A stretch of 64,000 bases of DNA, from positions 118,274-182,273 of the forward strand of contig JBGTEY010000011.1 of the NCBI GenBank assembly GCA_041747555.1. The letters are read 5' to 3'. Numbering within the stretch: the first letter of the stretch is position 1; the number at the start of each line of letters is the position of its first letter. Positions 1 to 10,022 of the stretch are shown here, in pieces. The position numbers and the translations under genes are program-made. Source of the DNA: Patescibacteria group bacterium (GTDB taxonomy: Bacteria > Patescibacteriota > Microgenomatia > UBA1400 > PJMF01). Below the pieces are notes generated by a model, which was given only the letters and a program-made list of their open reading frames with translations, made no database searches and was not told where the DNA came from.

Positions 1-107
1 CCTGTTAAAAGCAGCGCGCCAACTAAAATCATCGCAATCATGGGCAATTTTGTGAGATTTTCGCGTTTCATATAGAGACACTATATAATAGTGAAAGGAC
101 TTAGTAA

Positions 108-755
108 ATGACACCGATCACGATTACCACGTTAGAACTTGGGGACTTGAGCACAAATTGCTATCTTGTTTCTTGTGATGAAACCCAGGAAACGGTCATT
201 ATCGACCCTGCTGATGCTGGAGAATTTATTGCTGATCAAATTACAGTACTTGGGCTAAAACCAACGGCTATTGTCTTGACTCACGGGCATTTTGATCATG
301 TGCTGGGGACGCTTTCCTTGGCGTTGGCATATGATTTGCCGGTGTATTTGCACCCTGCAGATCATTTTTTACTTGATAAAGCGCAACAGAGCGCTGAATA
401 TTGGCTGGGGCGGGCCGTTGACCCCGTCCTTCCCGCTGAATTGACGCTGGATATTAGAGAAACACCTGTTTTTGGCGATGGATTGAGTTTTTCTTATGTT
501 GAGACACCTGGGCATACTCCCGGGAGCGTGTGTTTGGAAGTTTTACAGCATGGTGAGCCACTTGATCAGCCAATTATGCTGGTTGGAGATACGTTGTTTA
601 AAGCTGGTGTTGGCAGAACTGATTTTTCATACTCGAGTCATGAGGATCTTAAAAAGTCCCTCAAATTGCTCTCATCTAGAAATCCAGACACCCTCTGTTA
701 CCCCGGTCATGGGGAGCCAACAACTATTGGCAATGAGCTCAAAACTCTGCTATAG
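108..755 (+). CDS. MBL-fold metallo-hydrolase (hydroxyacylglutathione hydrolase-like)
   Basis: 215 aa ORF with the THGHFDHV zinc-binding motif, downstream D and H residues (PGHTPGS, GDTLF, PGHGE) typical of glyoxalase-II/MBL fold. Confidence 0.8.
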   Translation: MTPITITTLELGDLSTNCYLVSCDETQETVIIDPADAGEFIADQITVLGLKPTAIVLTHGHFDHVLGTLSLALAYDLPVYLHPADHFLLDKAQQSAEYWLGRAVDPVLPAELTLDIRETPVFGDGLSFSYVETPGHTPGSVCLEVLQHGEPLDQPIMLVGDTLFKAGVGRTDFSYSSHEDLKKSLKLLSSRNPDTLCYPGHGEPTTIGNELKTLL

Positions 756-762
756 TGGTGAT

Positions 763-1095
763 ATGGCAATTCTTCTTAATCTTCTTCTCAGCGCACTCGT
801 AGTTATGGTCGCGGCATATATTGTGCCTGGTGTGACCGTTGCGTCATTTACAACTGCTTTGGTTGTGGCGGTGGTTCTGGGACTTTTGAATGCGATTGTT
901 AAGCCGATTCTTATTTTACTCACCCTCCCAATTACGATTGTGACATTGGGGTTGTTTACTATTGTTATTAATATTGGACTTCTCTTCCTTGCAAGTGAAC
1001 TTGTCCCTGGATTTACTATTGATTCGCTCCTGGGCGCCATTCTGTTTGGCTTAGTGATGAGTTTGATTACCACGGTACTTGGCACTGTTAAGTAA
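763..1095 (+). CDS. DUF360 / phage-holin-family-4-like small membrane protein
   Basis: Internal ATG at 763 of the long 496..1095 frame; 110 aa, 3-4 TM helices, motif NAIVKPILILLTLPITIVTLGLF...LVPGF characteristic of YvlD/DUF360 family. Confidence 0.75.
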   Translation: MAILLNLLLSALVVMVAAYIVPGVTVASFTTALVVAVVLGLLNAIVKPILILLTLPITIVTLGLFTIVINIGLLFLASELVPGFTIDSLLGAILFGLVMSLITTVLGTVK

Positions 1096-1139
1096 TTAGG
1101 GGTTCGATTCTCTGTAGGCTCACAATTTTTAGTTGACAA

Positions 1140-1766
1140 TCAGGAATATTTCTTTTTGATTGTCTCGTATGCTTCTGTCAATTCTTCTCGGACATTTTCA
1201 AAAAAGATTTTACTATTAAAGTCTCTCTCTATTTTTTTAAGTATCCATAATCTATGCTCTTCATTGGTCATCGCCAATCCAAATAGTCTTAATTGTTCTA
1301 TAGTCATGTCGTTATAAAAATTTGTTCCTAAATGCCCATAAGCATCCGCAGTTGACACAACTTTAGCTTCTAATGTCTTAGGCATATTTTCAGGGTATGC
1401 TGAGTGCGTTTTAAGTATCTCACTAATTATTACTTCCACTTCATCCACCGAAAAACCAGCTTCCAAGAGAATATCTCGAGCTATTTGTTCAGACTCTACA
1501 TCATGATTTTCATCACTTCTTAACAGTTTAGTATCTGCAATATCGTGAAGCAACGCTGCAGATACAACCTGCTCTAAACTGGCATGAACTCTCTGGGCAA
1601 TTTCTTTAGCTTTTAAGGCTACAATTTGGACGTGTGTTTCCCACATCCATCTTGCTGCTGGTAATTGGGAACGCAAGTACAAATTTTCTACAGTTGATCT
1701 AACTAGTTCATCTCTTTGATTTAACATTTCTGAGTTACTCATGAGATGCATTGTAGCATGGCACAT
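1140..1766 (-). CDS. HD-domain phosphohydrolase
   Basis: 208 aa; H..(LLHDIADTK) HD motif, predicted all-helical. Confidence 0.55.
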   Translation of the reverse strand: MCHATMHLMSNSEMLNQRDELVRSTVENLYLRSQLPAARWMWETHVQIVALKAKEIAQRVHASLEQVVSAALLHDIADTKLLRSDENHDVESEQIARDILLEAGFSVDEVEVIISEILKTHSAYPENMPKTLEAKVVSTADAYGHLGTNFYNDMTIEQLRLFGLAMTNEEHRLWILKKIERDFNSKIFFENVREELTEAYETIKKKYS

Positions 1767-1823
1767 ACCTCATATTTTAAATTTTCACAACAAAATTTAA
1801 GACGTAATCCCTCGAGGTCCGTA

Positions 1824-3104
1824 TCACTCCATAAATTGATATAATTTATCACCCAAGTAGCCCGTTACTTCTGGTTTAATAATTTCTTGATTCAAAAATA
1901 ATCCTGATCTGACGGTAAATAATCCGTATTTTTTACTGAGCGAATCTACCGCGCGCGCCACGCGTTCTTGTTTCCAGTAGTCTGGCAAAATTGGTTGAGG
2001 AACTTGTTGCAACGGCTCAAGTAGCCCTAAGTACACCACAAACTTGATCACCGGGAACTGCTCTTTCCACTGCGAGACAAGTTGATTCCAAAGAATATCA
2101 AAATATTCTGAAAGATGGTTAATATGCCGTCGTAGCGTCACATACGTACCCCAACTATTAGGCCCATCACCACGCAAATAAACGCCAATCACACGCCCCG
2201 CCAAGTCCATCCGCCGCACCTTGTGCATGACTTCGGTTGCCAGATTGTAGAGCACTCTTTTAATATGATCGTGCTCTTTGGAGAGGGAAAAAAGGGTGAT
2301 TGATCTGCTGACGCTTTTCATGTGTGGGTTGCGGTCGATTCTGGTGAGGAACAGCGGCTCGTCTCCTCTGGCCATTTTTTGGAGTTCTTCTGTCCAGAAT
2401 GGGCCAAAAAGTGAAAGCAGCGTCTCTCTTTCTATAAAATTAATTTGAAATGGCGTGGTGACATTGAGTAATCGCAATTTTCTCTCGAGTCGCATGCCAA
2501 TTCCGCAGACATCGGCAAATGAGACTCGTGCTAGCAATGCGTCTCTATTGCGTGGCGTTACCTCGGTGACACTGCCCTTGGGGGACGTTTCACCCGTCAT
2601 TTTTGCCAAAAAACGATTGTAGCTAATCCCGACGTTGCAGGTTACCCACTCGCCGAGTGTTTTTTTGATTTGTGTTTGAACCTCGAGACCGAATTCTTGG
2701 GGAGAAGGATAGAGTTTTCTGAGCGGGGTGAAGTTGATAAATGATTCATCGAGTGAAAAGACTTCTACATCGGGCGCGAGTGAGGTAAATAGTTGCTTTA
2801 GGTCCTTCGTCGCAGAAAGATACATGTCAAATTGGGCGGGGACGGTGATGATATCGGGGCATTTTTGACGAGCGTCCTTGAGGCGTTCACCCGTTTTGAT
2901 GCCAAATTTCTTGGCTTCTTTGGACGCGGCAATGATGCAGGTTCTACCCACATCCTTGATGATGCCGACGGGTTTGCCCCTGAGCGCTGGCGTTTCTTGT
3001 TGCGCGAGTGTCGCAAAGTATGAGTTGATATCGACGTGCAGGAATGTTTGGTCTGGAATGTCTTCAGTCACACCACACCTCCTCGAGTTTCCAGGTTTCT
3101 TCAT
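1824..3104 (-). CDS. dinB: Y-family DNA polymerase IV
   Basis: FLHVDINSYFA...DESF(I) catalytic motifs (HVDxDxFFA / SxDE) of DinB/UmuC family; start placed at MKKPGNS (internal to longer ORF) by alignment logic. Confidence 0.8.
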   Translation of the reverse strand: MKKPGNSRRCGVTEDIPDQTFLHVDINSYFATLAQQETPALRGKPVGIIKDVGRTCIIAASKEAKKFGIKTGERLKDARQKCPDIITVPAQFDMYLSATKDLKQLFTSLAPDVEVFSLDESFINFTPLRKLYPSPQEFGLEVQTQIKKTLGEWVTCNVGISYNRFLAKMTGETSPKGSVTEVTPRNRDALLARVSFADVCGIGMRLERKLRLLNVTTPFQINFIERETLLSLFGPFWTEELQKMARGDEPLFLTRIDRNPHMKSVSRSITLFSLSKEHDHIKRVLYNLATEVMHKVRRMDLAGRVIGVYLRGDGPNSWGTYVTLRRHINHLSEYFDILWNQLVSQWKEQFPVIKFVVYLGLLEPLQQVPQPILPDYWKQERVARAVDSLSKKYGLFTVRSGLFLNQEIIKPEVTGYLGDKLYQFME

Positions 3105-3309
3105 CGCGGTTGAAGACAACTCGGTAGGCGTTACCCTTGGAAATGAGTGAGTACATGCGCTTTTGGACGCCGCCATCACGGACGTTGGTGACAAAGGTAA
3201 TCTCGTCAACACGATACACCCGACTATTCCATAAGAATTTTTTGGGCACAAAGGCCGCTTCTTTGTAGACGCCAATGACGCTGATTGTTTCGTGTATTCT
3301 TTGGTACAT
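3064..3309 (-). CDS. hypothetical 81-aa protein overlapping dinB 5' end
   Basis: ORF immediately upstream of and 40 nt overlapping dinB; no recognised motif. Confidence 0.3.
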   Translation of the reverse strand: MYQRIHETISVIGVYKEAAFVPKKFLWNSRVYRVDEITFVTNVRDGGVQKRMYSLISKGNAYRVVFNRDEETWKLEEVWCD

Positions 3310-3523
3310 GTGCTGTCATTTGTACCAAATCCCAGACCCTAATACAATCGTGCAAAAGGGATTGGAGTGGGTCATTTGATTGGGGTTTGTTTGGGTTTTT
3401 TGGGGAGAATATTTTTGCACCGAAGTAAAAATTTGTGAAGGTTGACAACCTCAGATAAACACACGTAGAACGACTTTAGTATTACGTGAGAGCACATCGT
3501 CAAAAATGCTCAAAAGGAGAAAA

Positions 3524-3856
3524 ATGACAAGAACAACAGTTTCTGAGAGGAATGCTGAGATAATCGGAGTAAGGAGAGTTGAAGATATACTTACTAATTT
3601 GGATGATTTAGCCAACCAATGTATTCTAGATGAACAGAAAAGGGTCATCTTGGCTAATAAAGCAATAGTTGAGTCCAACTTCACACTACAAACGATATTA
3701 GATGCAAATGTATACCAAAGCAAGCGAGTGGTGAGCGCAATTCAAGATCTGAATAAGTCGACTAAGTATACTGAAAAAGTAATGATTGGGCTGACAGTTG
3801 CGCAGATAGTGCTCGCTATCGCGAGCATATGTGTTGCGATAAGTTTTAGAAACTAG
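3524..3856 (+). CDS. hypothetical protein with C-terminal TM anchor
   Basis: Start chosen at ATG preceded by AAAGGAG RBS; C-terminal hydrophobic helix (IGLTVAQIVLAIASICVAI). Confidence 0.4.
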   Translation: MTRTTVSERNAEIIGVRRVEDILTNLDDLANQCILDEQKRVILANKAIVESNFTLQTILDANVYQSKRVVSAIQDLNKSTKYTEKVMIGLTVAQIVLAIASICVAISFRN

Positions 3857-3970
3857 CAAAAGAAATAAATAATCGTATTAAAAGAGCCAACTCAGTTTAT
3901 TGCTGTTTTCTATAAGTGCGGCGACAATGATGAGGATTAGAGAGAGTCCAAGCATAACACTGAGACAAGC

Positions 3971-4708
3971 TTAGTTTCGATATAGCTTCATTTTTATATC
4001 ACCTATTGCAGATTTCAGTTGATCAATTCGCCCCCTCGGATAACTGGGAATTATAATTTCTGTTTTGCCAGTTGTTGAGCACACTGATGGCACTATAAAA
4101 ACATTACTAATTGACCTCAATCTCAGGTTTTCATCTGTGCGACCCTGAAATAAATTGCGAACAATTAGACTTAGTTTTGATCGAAGTGAAACCTGCTCGC
4201 TGGTACGAGATTCGCGTTCTAAAAATAAAAAACGTACTTTTTGACCAAAAATTTCTTCTAAATTTCTAATTAATTCTGCTCTTTCTTCTATCGTCGTTCC
4301 CGCACCAGTTGCCGTAATGAATATAGTTCTCTTAGACGCAATATTTTCATTTAGCAGCGGTATGAATCCAGTTAAATTCAATTCTTGCTCGATCTCTAAT
4401 TTACTGTACCCAACAATTGGCAAATGTAAAGACACTACATTCCCTTCCTCGTCTGACGCAACGAGCAGAGAACAATAGCTGGCGCCATGCTCAAAGATTA
4501 TATTCGGATTTTCATGAGTACTGCAATTTGCCTGAAACATTGTGTCCAAAAAACCAGGAGTGCCCTTGATAAAGCTCTCTAATTTGCTGAAATCTTGAGT
4601 AGAAAGACCAACATTGCGATCACTCAATTGGTTAATTAGATCAGGACTATTGCTGAGTCTTTTACGATCAAGGACTCTGCCGTCAATTGGTTTTAATCCA
4701 TCCATCAT
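3971..4708 (-). CDS. hypothetical protein, possible Rossmann/SLOG-like nucleotide-binding fold
   Basis: 245 aa; segment IFITATGAGTTIEERAELI resembles the PGGxGTxEE signature of LOG/SLOG Rossmannoid domains; last gene of a 4-gene operon. Confidence 0.4.
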   Translation of the reverse strand: MMDGLKPIDGRVLDRKRLSNSPDLINQLSDRNVGLSTQDFSKLESFIKGTPGFLDTMFQANCSTHENPNIIFEHGASYCSLLVASDEEGNVVSLHLPIVGYSKLEIEQELNLTGFIPLLNENIASKRTIFITATGAGTTIEERAELIRNLEEIFGQKVRFLFLERESRTSEQVSLRSKLSLIVRNLFQGRTDENLRLRSISNVFIVPSVCSTTGKTEIIIPSYPRGRIDQLKSAIGDIKMKLYRN

Positions 4709-4716
4709 TTGTTTTC

Positions 4717-5250
4717 CTAGCTATCAATCTTACTATAAAAATGCACCTTCCCCCGAGACTCCCGCACCTCCCACCCCGGAAACTCAAAATAGTTAGAAGC
4801 CACCACCGCCCCAGGTCGCAATTCCGCCAATAATTTCTTCTCAAGTTTTGGCATCAGATACGTCGTGCCATACACAATCACCATGTCGTACGGCTCAAGA
4901 GTAACATTCCAAAAAGAATTTCTATAAATGTGGGCAGAAAGTCCTCTTTTTCGCACCTCTCTTTGTGATTTCCAGGCTAAAATTGGGTTGATTTCGATGC
5001 CATCAACGGCGTGCTCTCGCTCAGCGAGCGCTAACACAATCGTTCCATCGCCAGAACCAAGATCAATAATTTTTTTAGGCTTTGATCGTGCTACTTCATA
5101 CAAAACCGCATCAATAAAAGCTTGATCAGAGCGCACAAAAACCGCCCCATGCACCATAACACTGGCGTAGATGATCATCCGGATCAGAAGCACCACCAAA
5201 ACCAACGACACAATTCCAAGAACAATAAGAAAAAATAGTTGCGAGGTCAT
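4717..5250 (-). CDS. class I SAM-dependent methyltransferase with N-terminal TM anchor
   Basis: IIDLGSGDGTIVLALAE (motif I) and downstream acidic residue; N-terminal hydrophobic helix; start ATG overlaps upstream gene stop. Confidence 0.6.
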   Translation of the reverse strand: MTSQLFFLIVLGIVSLVLVVLLIRMIIYASVMVHGAVFVRSDQAFIDAVLYEVARSKPKKIIDLGSGDGTIVLALAEREHAVDGIEINPILAWKSQREVRKRGLSAHIYRNSFWNVTLEPYDMVIVYGTTYLMPKLEKKLLAELRPGAVVASNYFEFPGWEVRESRGKVHFYSKIDS

Positions 5251-5669
5251 CACACCATTGTAATCGAAAACCACACCCCCACCCCCGCCAAAACTGCCAC
5301 ACACTGCCAAATCACTTGATTAATAAACCACACCGCGTCACTTTTGATGAATGGAAAAAGAACATGATTCTCTGGTGGCTCGCGCTTGAGTGATGAAAAT
5401 TGTACCAGCAGCCAATACTGCACCTCTCCAAGAGAGCGAATCAACCAAAAAAGTGAGTATACAAACGCCAACACCTGCCAAGATCCCCACAACCAGATGC
5501 CAGCCGTGACAACCATCCAAAATAAGCCAAACACCAGCGCGTCTCCCCACACAAACACCCCAAGCGGAAGGAACCAAAATGCGTGACCGTAGGGATTGCG
5601 GTTTTTGATGGTGGTGGTGTAGCCGGCAACTAAGCAGAGCGTGGCGTACAAAAAAAGTAATAAGAGCAT
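5250..5669 (-). CDS. hypothetical integral membrane protein (4 TM)
   Basis: 139 aa, four hydrophobic helices, W-rich; translationally coupled to neighbours. Confidence 0.45.
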   Translation of the reverse strand: MLLLLFLYATLCLVAGYTTTIKNRNPYGHAFWFLPLGVFVWGDALVFGLFWMVVTAGIWLWGSWQVLAFVYSLFWLIRSLGEVQYWLLVQFSSLKREPPENHVLFPFIKSDAVWFINQVIWQCVAVLAGVGVWFSITMV

Positions 5670-5678
5670 TATTCAGTA

Positions 5679-6797
5679 CTATACTTCATTTAAAATTTGT
5701 TGTGCTGCCATCCACATTGTTGCTGGCACACTTTGTTGCGGAAAATACCTTGTTTCCCACTTTTCCCCAAACTTCTTTGCGCAAAAAATTCCGTTATCGG
5801 GTTTATGCCAGTGATTGGGACCACGATACGCGCTCCAAACAATCTTGAGTGGTATATAACCCTCTCGGGTTACTTCTTCGTACACGCCTTCATCTGGATT
5901 AAACGGGTCGTTACCAACTATTGGTTTTCGATAGGTAAACTCAGGTATCTTGTCACTGTTCTCAGGGACTTTAAAAGTAGCTTCCTGTCGCTTGAGTGAT
6001 CCATTCTCAATTACGTAATAGTGTCCAACACCCACTAGTCGGCCATTGGTTGCAGTAATCGTGTCAGCTTGAATATCAGCTGGAATATCAAACCTTCGTT
6101 CTGTCTTTTTGGGAGGTGCTTCTATTGGAGGAGAAACTTTTTGTATGGCGCGCGCCTTAGGCTTATCTTGGCCTGCATATGCTCGCAACGCAGCAAGTGT
6201 TGCAGGGCGCACGTCGTGCTCACTCAGTAGATCTAGTTTATCCTGAGAAATTGTGACAATTTGTCGACCGCTCTTCGCCATATTTTCACAAATTGCCTGG
6301 CACTCCTCATCGTTGAGCGTGTAATAGTAACCTGCGATCAAAAATAGTGCAGATTTTTGAATATGGTGAGTACCATTGCGTTTCTCCGATACGTCTCTTT
6401 GTTGTTGAATAAAAGTGCGAATGATCATTTTGCGGAGTTTCTTTTCATCAAGCTGAAATCCAAGCTCCTCACCTACCTCGCGTTGAATAGCTTCCTCAGG
6501 GGATTCTTCTTTGTGATCGCATGCACCTGTGGGTAGGCAGAGCATGCTGGCTTTCAGTTGTGTGAACTCAGCTGGTTCATCCTCACCTATCATTCGTTCG
6601 CGTTTTTTTGATTCCTTATGATCTTCATCAGGTACAGCCGTCAATACTATATGCGTCTCACCATCTATCTGGCACAGCAATACACAGGCTACGCCAAGTT
6701 CTAAGGTTTGCTCGAGTTCTGGATTTCGTTCTGGTCTTATCACGCCTGGTATTATACACCTCTGGAGCAACACCTGTAGGCAATCTGTAAGAAACAT
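5679..6797 (-). CDS. NUDIX hydrolase fused to C-terminal domain of unknown function
   Basis: NUDIX box GACDHKEESPEEAIQREVGEELGF (Gx5Ex7REUxEExGU); ~170 aa C-terminal extension without recognised motif; start trimmed to avoid head-on overlap with recQ. Confidence 0.6.
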   Translation of the reverse strand: MFLTDCLQVLLQRCIIPGVIRPERNPELEQTLELGVACVLLCQIDGETHIVLTAVPDEDHKESKKRERMIGEDEPAEFTQLKASMLCLPTGACDHKEESPEEAIQREVGEELGFQLDEKKLRKMIIRTFIQQQRDVSEKRNGTHHIQKSALFLIAGYYYTLNDEECQAICENMAKSGRQIVTISQDKLDLLSEHDVRPATLAALRAYAGQDKPKARAIQKVSPPIEAPPKKTERRFDIPADIQADTITATNGRLVGVGHYYVIENGSLKRQEATFKVPENSDKIPEFTYRKPIVGNDPFNPDEGVYEEVTREGYIPLKIVWSAYRGPNHWHKPDNGIFCAKKFGEKWETRYFPQQSVPATMWMAAQQILNEV

Positions 6798-6815
6798 GCA
6801 GTACAATGACAGCTC

Positions 6816-8594
6816 ATGCCCAAACTCAGCGTCAAAAAACAATTTCAGAATGCCCACAATCTCCTCAAGGAAATTTTTGGATATAAAGCGTTTCATCCAA
6901 CGCAAGAGACAGCGATTCGCGCAGTTTTAGCAGGAAAAGACGCATTAGTGATCATGCCTACAGGCGGCGGAAAATCAATGTGCTATCAAATTCCAGCGCT
7001 CGTCCTTGGGGGAACGACAATTGTGGTTTCTCCCCTGATCGCACTTATGAAGGATCAGGTCGATGCACTGCGCGCAAATGGGGTCGCTGCGGAATACCTC
7101 AACAGCAGCATTCTCCCCGAACGACAACGTGAAATAATTGCGGACGTACTTGAGGGTACTATCACACTCCTCTATGTCTCAGCAGAACGTCTGATCACGC
7201 CTGATTTTATTAAAATTATCAAAAAAATTCAGCCAAAACTCTTTGCTGTCGATGAAGCGCACTGTATTTCTGCCTGGGGACACGATTTTCGGCCAGATTA
7301 CACCAGACTTTCTCAGATAAAAGCGCTCTTTCCCAAAACGCCAATCATCGCTCTCACCGCCACTGCAGATGAAATAACGCGCAAAGACATAATTTCTCAG
7401 CTAGAACTTACCAATCCTTTAGAATTGATCGATTCTTTTGACCGACCAGGTATTTCACTAACCGTTTTGCCGGGCCAAAAAAGAGTTGAAAAAATAAAAG
7501 AATTTCTCAGTGACAAAGACGGGCAATCAGGAATTATCTACTGTCTGACACGCAAAAAAACAGAAACCATTGCCAAAAAACTACAACAAATTGGCCTCAC
7601 TGCCGCCAGTTACCACGCTGGAATGTCATCATCAGACCGGTCGAAAATTCAAAAAAGCTTTGTGCGCGATAAGACCCAAATTATCTGTGCTACCATTGCT
7701 TTTGGCATGGGTATCGACAAGTCAAATGTGCGCTGGGTGATCCACTACAACCTACCCAAAAACATCGAAGGCTACTACCAAGAAATCGGTAGAGCCGGTA
7801 GAGACTCCGCACCCGCACAAGCCCTCCTCTTTTACACCTACGCTGACGTTGAAATGATTAAGAAATTTTTTATTGACGTTAAGCAGGGTGCACTCCAGCT
7901 CGCAAAACTCGAACGAATGAAAGAGTATGCGGAAGGTGTCATTTGTCGACGCAAGATCTTACTCCAGTATTTTGGCGAAACATACCCAAAAAACTGCGGT
8001 AATTGTGATGTCTGCGAAAACCCCTATCCAACCCGAAATGGCACCAAGATCACCGAAAGCATTCTGTCTCACCTCACAGATATGAGTTCTGGCGATGAAC
8101 CCAACACAATTCAACTTGTTTCGGCCCTCACCCAATCTAGCAGCAAGGTCAGCTTCGCTTCTTGGCATTTTTATCTGGCGCAACTTAAAAATCAGGGAAT
8201 TATCGAAGTCAATTTTGCAAAAAATCAATCATTGGCGGTGACCCAAAAAGGCATAAGTGTGGTCAAAAAGAAAAAACCAGTCAAGTTGGTGCTGCTCGAT
8301 ACTTTTATTGAAAGGCAAGAAAGCGCAGGCAAAGCAAGCAAGAAGCGCTCTAAGAAAAAGCCCAAAAAAGACTATTTCAAAAACCCGCTCTACGAAAAAT
8401 TGCGAGAAACCAGGCTCGAACTTGCCCAGAAAAACTCCCTTGCCGCCTACATGGTCTTTAGTGACGCAACACTGCTCGAAATGGCGCATGAAAAACCAAA
8501 AAATAAACAAGAAATGTTGAATATATCAGGTGTGGGTGAGGTGAAGTGGGAGCGGTACGGTGAAGCTTTTTTAAATGTTATCGCAAAAAACTGA
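6816..8594 (+). CDS. recQ: ATP-dependent DNA helicase RecQ
   Basis: MPTGGGKSMCYQIPAL (Walker A), DEAH box (VDEAHCIS), RecQ zinc-binding Cys cluster, C-terminal HRDC-like region; 592 aa. Confidence 0.9.
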   Translation: MPKLSVKKQFQNAHNLLKEIFGYKAFHPTQETAIRAVLAGKDALVIMPTGGGKSMCYQIPALVLGGTTIVVSPLIALMKDQVDALRANGVAAEYLNSSILPERQREIIADVLEGTITLLYVSAERLITPDFIKIIKKIQPKLFAVDEAHCISAWGHDFRPDYTRLSQIKALFPKTPIIALTATADEITRKDIISQLELTNPLELIDSFDRPGISLTVLPGQKRVEKIKEFLSDKDGQSGIIYCLTRKKTETIAKKLQQIGLTAASYHAGMSSSDRSKIQKSFVRDKTQIICATIAFGMGIDKSNVRWVIHYNLPKNIEGYYQEIGRAGRDSAPAQALLFYTYADVEMIKKFFIDVKQGALQLAKLERMKEYAEGVICRRKILLQYFGETYPKNCGNCDVCENPYPTRNGTKITESILSHLTDMSSGDEPNTIQLVSALTQSSSKVSFASWHFYLAQLKNQGIIEVNFAKNQSLAVTQKGISVVKKKKPVKLVLLDTFIERQESAGKASKKRSKKKPKKDYFKNPLYEKLRETRLELAQKNSLAAYMVFSDATLLEMAHEKPKNKQEMLNISGVGEVKWERYGEAFLNVIAKN

Positions 8595-8618
8595 GTTGCG
8601 CTACTGAGTTGCATTACA

Positions 8619-9383
8619 TTACTGCATCAAAGACAACACTTCATCATGAATCGCGCCATTCGTGGCTACGATTATCGATGAGTCAGTGGTCCACGGCTTG
8701 CCATGCTCATCACTGACCGTGCCTCCTGCTTCTGTGATGATACTCACTCCTGCCACCATGTCATGAGGTTGCATTCCTTCAAATGTGTAACACTCGGCAT
8801 TTCCCATTGCGATCTGGGCGAACTCAAAACTACTCGCATCAATCGCACGTATCCAGCCCGTTTTCGCGCCTACTTTAGGGAAACGCAGCCCGTCTCTGGA
8901 CTCTGCGGTTGAAATGTAATAGAGCCCTTTATCCAATGAGCGATCTGAAACAGAAATAGGCTTCCCATTTGCTTGCGCACCACCGCCCTTGTAAGCAGAA
9001 ACCATCAAATCAAGTGCAGGAAAAAACAAAACTCCAAGGATCGGGTGTTTATCTTGCACCAACCCGATTGAAATTCCAAATAAAGGGATTTGCCGCCAAA
9101 AATTTGTAGTGCCATCAATTGGATCCACATACCACACAAACTCACGATCGAGGTTATGATTAGTGCCCTCCTCACCGTATACGCCATGGCTTGGATATTC
9201 AGCTTGAATCGCCCTAACAATAAGTTGTTCTGACTCCTCGTCGGCCTTGGTGACCGTGTTGGGACGTCCTGCTTTATCAGTTTTAAAATTAGAAAGCGCC
9301 GGGCTGTCATAGTGCGTCATCACGATATCGCCAGCGCGTTTGGCAGTTTGTTTAGCGAATGCAAGAAGGAAGGTGTTGTTCAT
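8619..9383 (-). CDS. inositol monophosphatase family protein (SuhB-like)
   Basis: WYVDPIDGTTNF motif and downstream D-containing motifs of IMPase family; start moved to MNNTF. Confidence 0.75.
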   Translation of the reverse strand: MNNTFLLAFAKQTAKRAGDIVMTHYDSPALSNFKTDKAGRPNTVTKADEESEQLIVRAIQAEYPSHGVYGEEGTNHNLDREFVWYVDPIDGTTNFWRQIPLFGISIGLVQDKHPILGVLFFPALDLMVSAYKGGGAQANGKPISVSDRSLDKGLYYISTAESRDGLRFPKVGAKTGWIRAIDASSFEFAQIAMGNAECYTFEGMQPHDMVAGVSIITEAGGTVSDEHGKPWTTDSSIIVATNGAIHDEVLSLMQ

Positions 9384-9438
9384 GATGAACAAGAGTATAT
9401 CAGCAAAAGCAATTTTTTTGTAAATTACGCGAAAACTA

Positions 9439-9882
9439 TTAATGCCCGCCATCGTACTTCACAATAACCGAAGTCATGTCGATCTTGGAGTTTTCAATTT
9501 CCGTTTCCAGCTGGTGCTTTTCATAATTTTCACCAATGTTTAACTCGTCCTTGAGCGCAAAAAACCGGAATTCATATCGATGGATAACGGTGTCTGTTGG
9601 ACAGGGACCCGTATAGCCGACATCGCCAAAACTATTCGTCCCTTGACTAGCTTCTGAAGGGATATTATCTTCAAATATTTTTGGTGTTCCGGTGTCCATG
9701 TTCCACAGTAGCCAATGTGCGGGTTCATACGGAGAATCTAAATCAACCATAATCAGCGCAAGCGTGAGCGTTTCTGGTGGGAAATCATAAATATCAAACG
9801 CAGGATTTCTATTTTCACCTCTGCAGGTGTATCGTTCTCTCAGAAAACTTCCGGGAGCAAATGAGTGGCTGGTTACTTTCAT
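9439..9882 (-). CDS. YbhB/YbcL (PEBP / Raf-kinase-inhibitor-like) family protein
   Basis: DLDSPYEP...HWLLWN...GYTGPCP...HRYEFRFFAL pattern typical of bacterial PEBP. Confidence 0.7.
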   Translation of the reverse strand: MKVTSHSFAPGSFLRERYTCRGENRNPAFDIYDFPPETLTLALIMVDLDSPYEPAHWLLWNMDTGTPKIFEDNIPSEASQGTNSFGDVGYTGPCPTDTVIHRYEFRFFALKDELNIGENYEKHQLETEIENSKIDMTSVIVKYDGGH

Positions 9883-10022
9883 GGGTGTAGTATGTCCTGA
9901 GTTGAATTGAATTGTGTAAGAAGGTTGAATGGAATTTGTAAGAGATGATTTAATTTCAGACCCACTGTACAAAAACCTTTTTTAACGCCTCGTACTGATA
10001 GCGCACCTCATCCCCCAAGCAG

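Noticed and set aside
496-1095. Long 199-aa ORF overlapping the 3' half of the MBL hydrolase gene
   Set aside because: N-terminal 89 residues are an out-of-frame read-through of the MBL gene; the real product starts at internal ATG 763 (DUF360 protein)
7959-8520. Three ORFs (7959..8228-, 8229..8510-, 8257..8520+) inside recQ
   Set aside because: Antisense or alternate-frame to a confidently identified recQ; Lys-rich low-complexity translations
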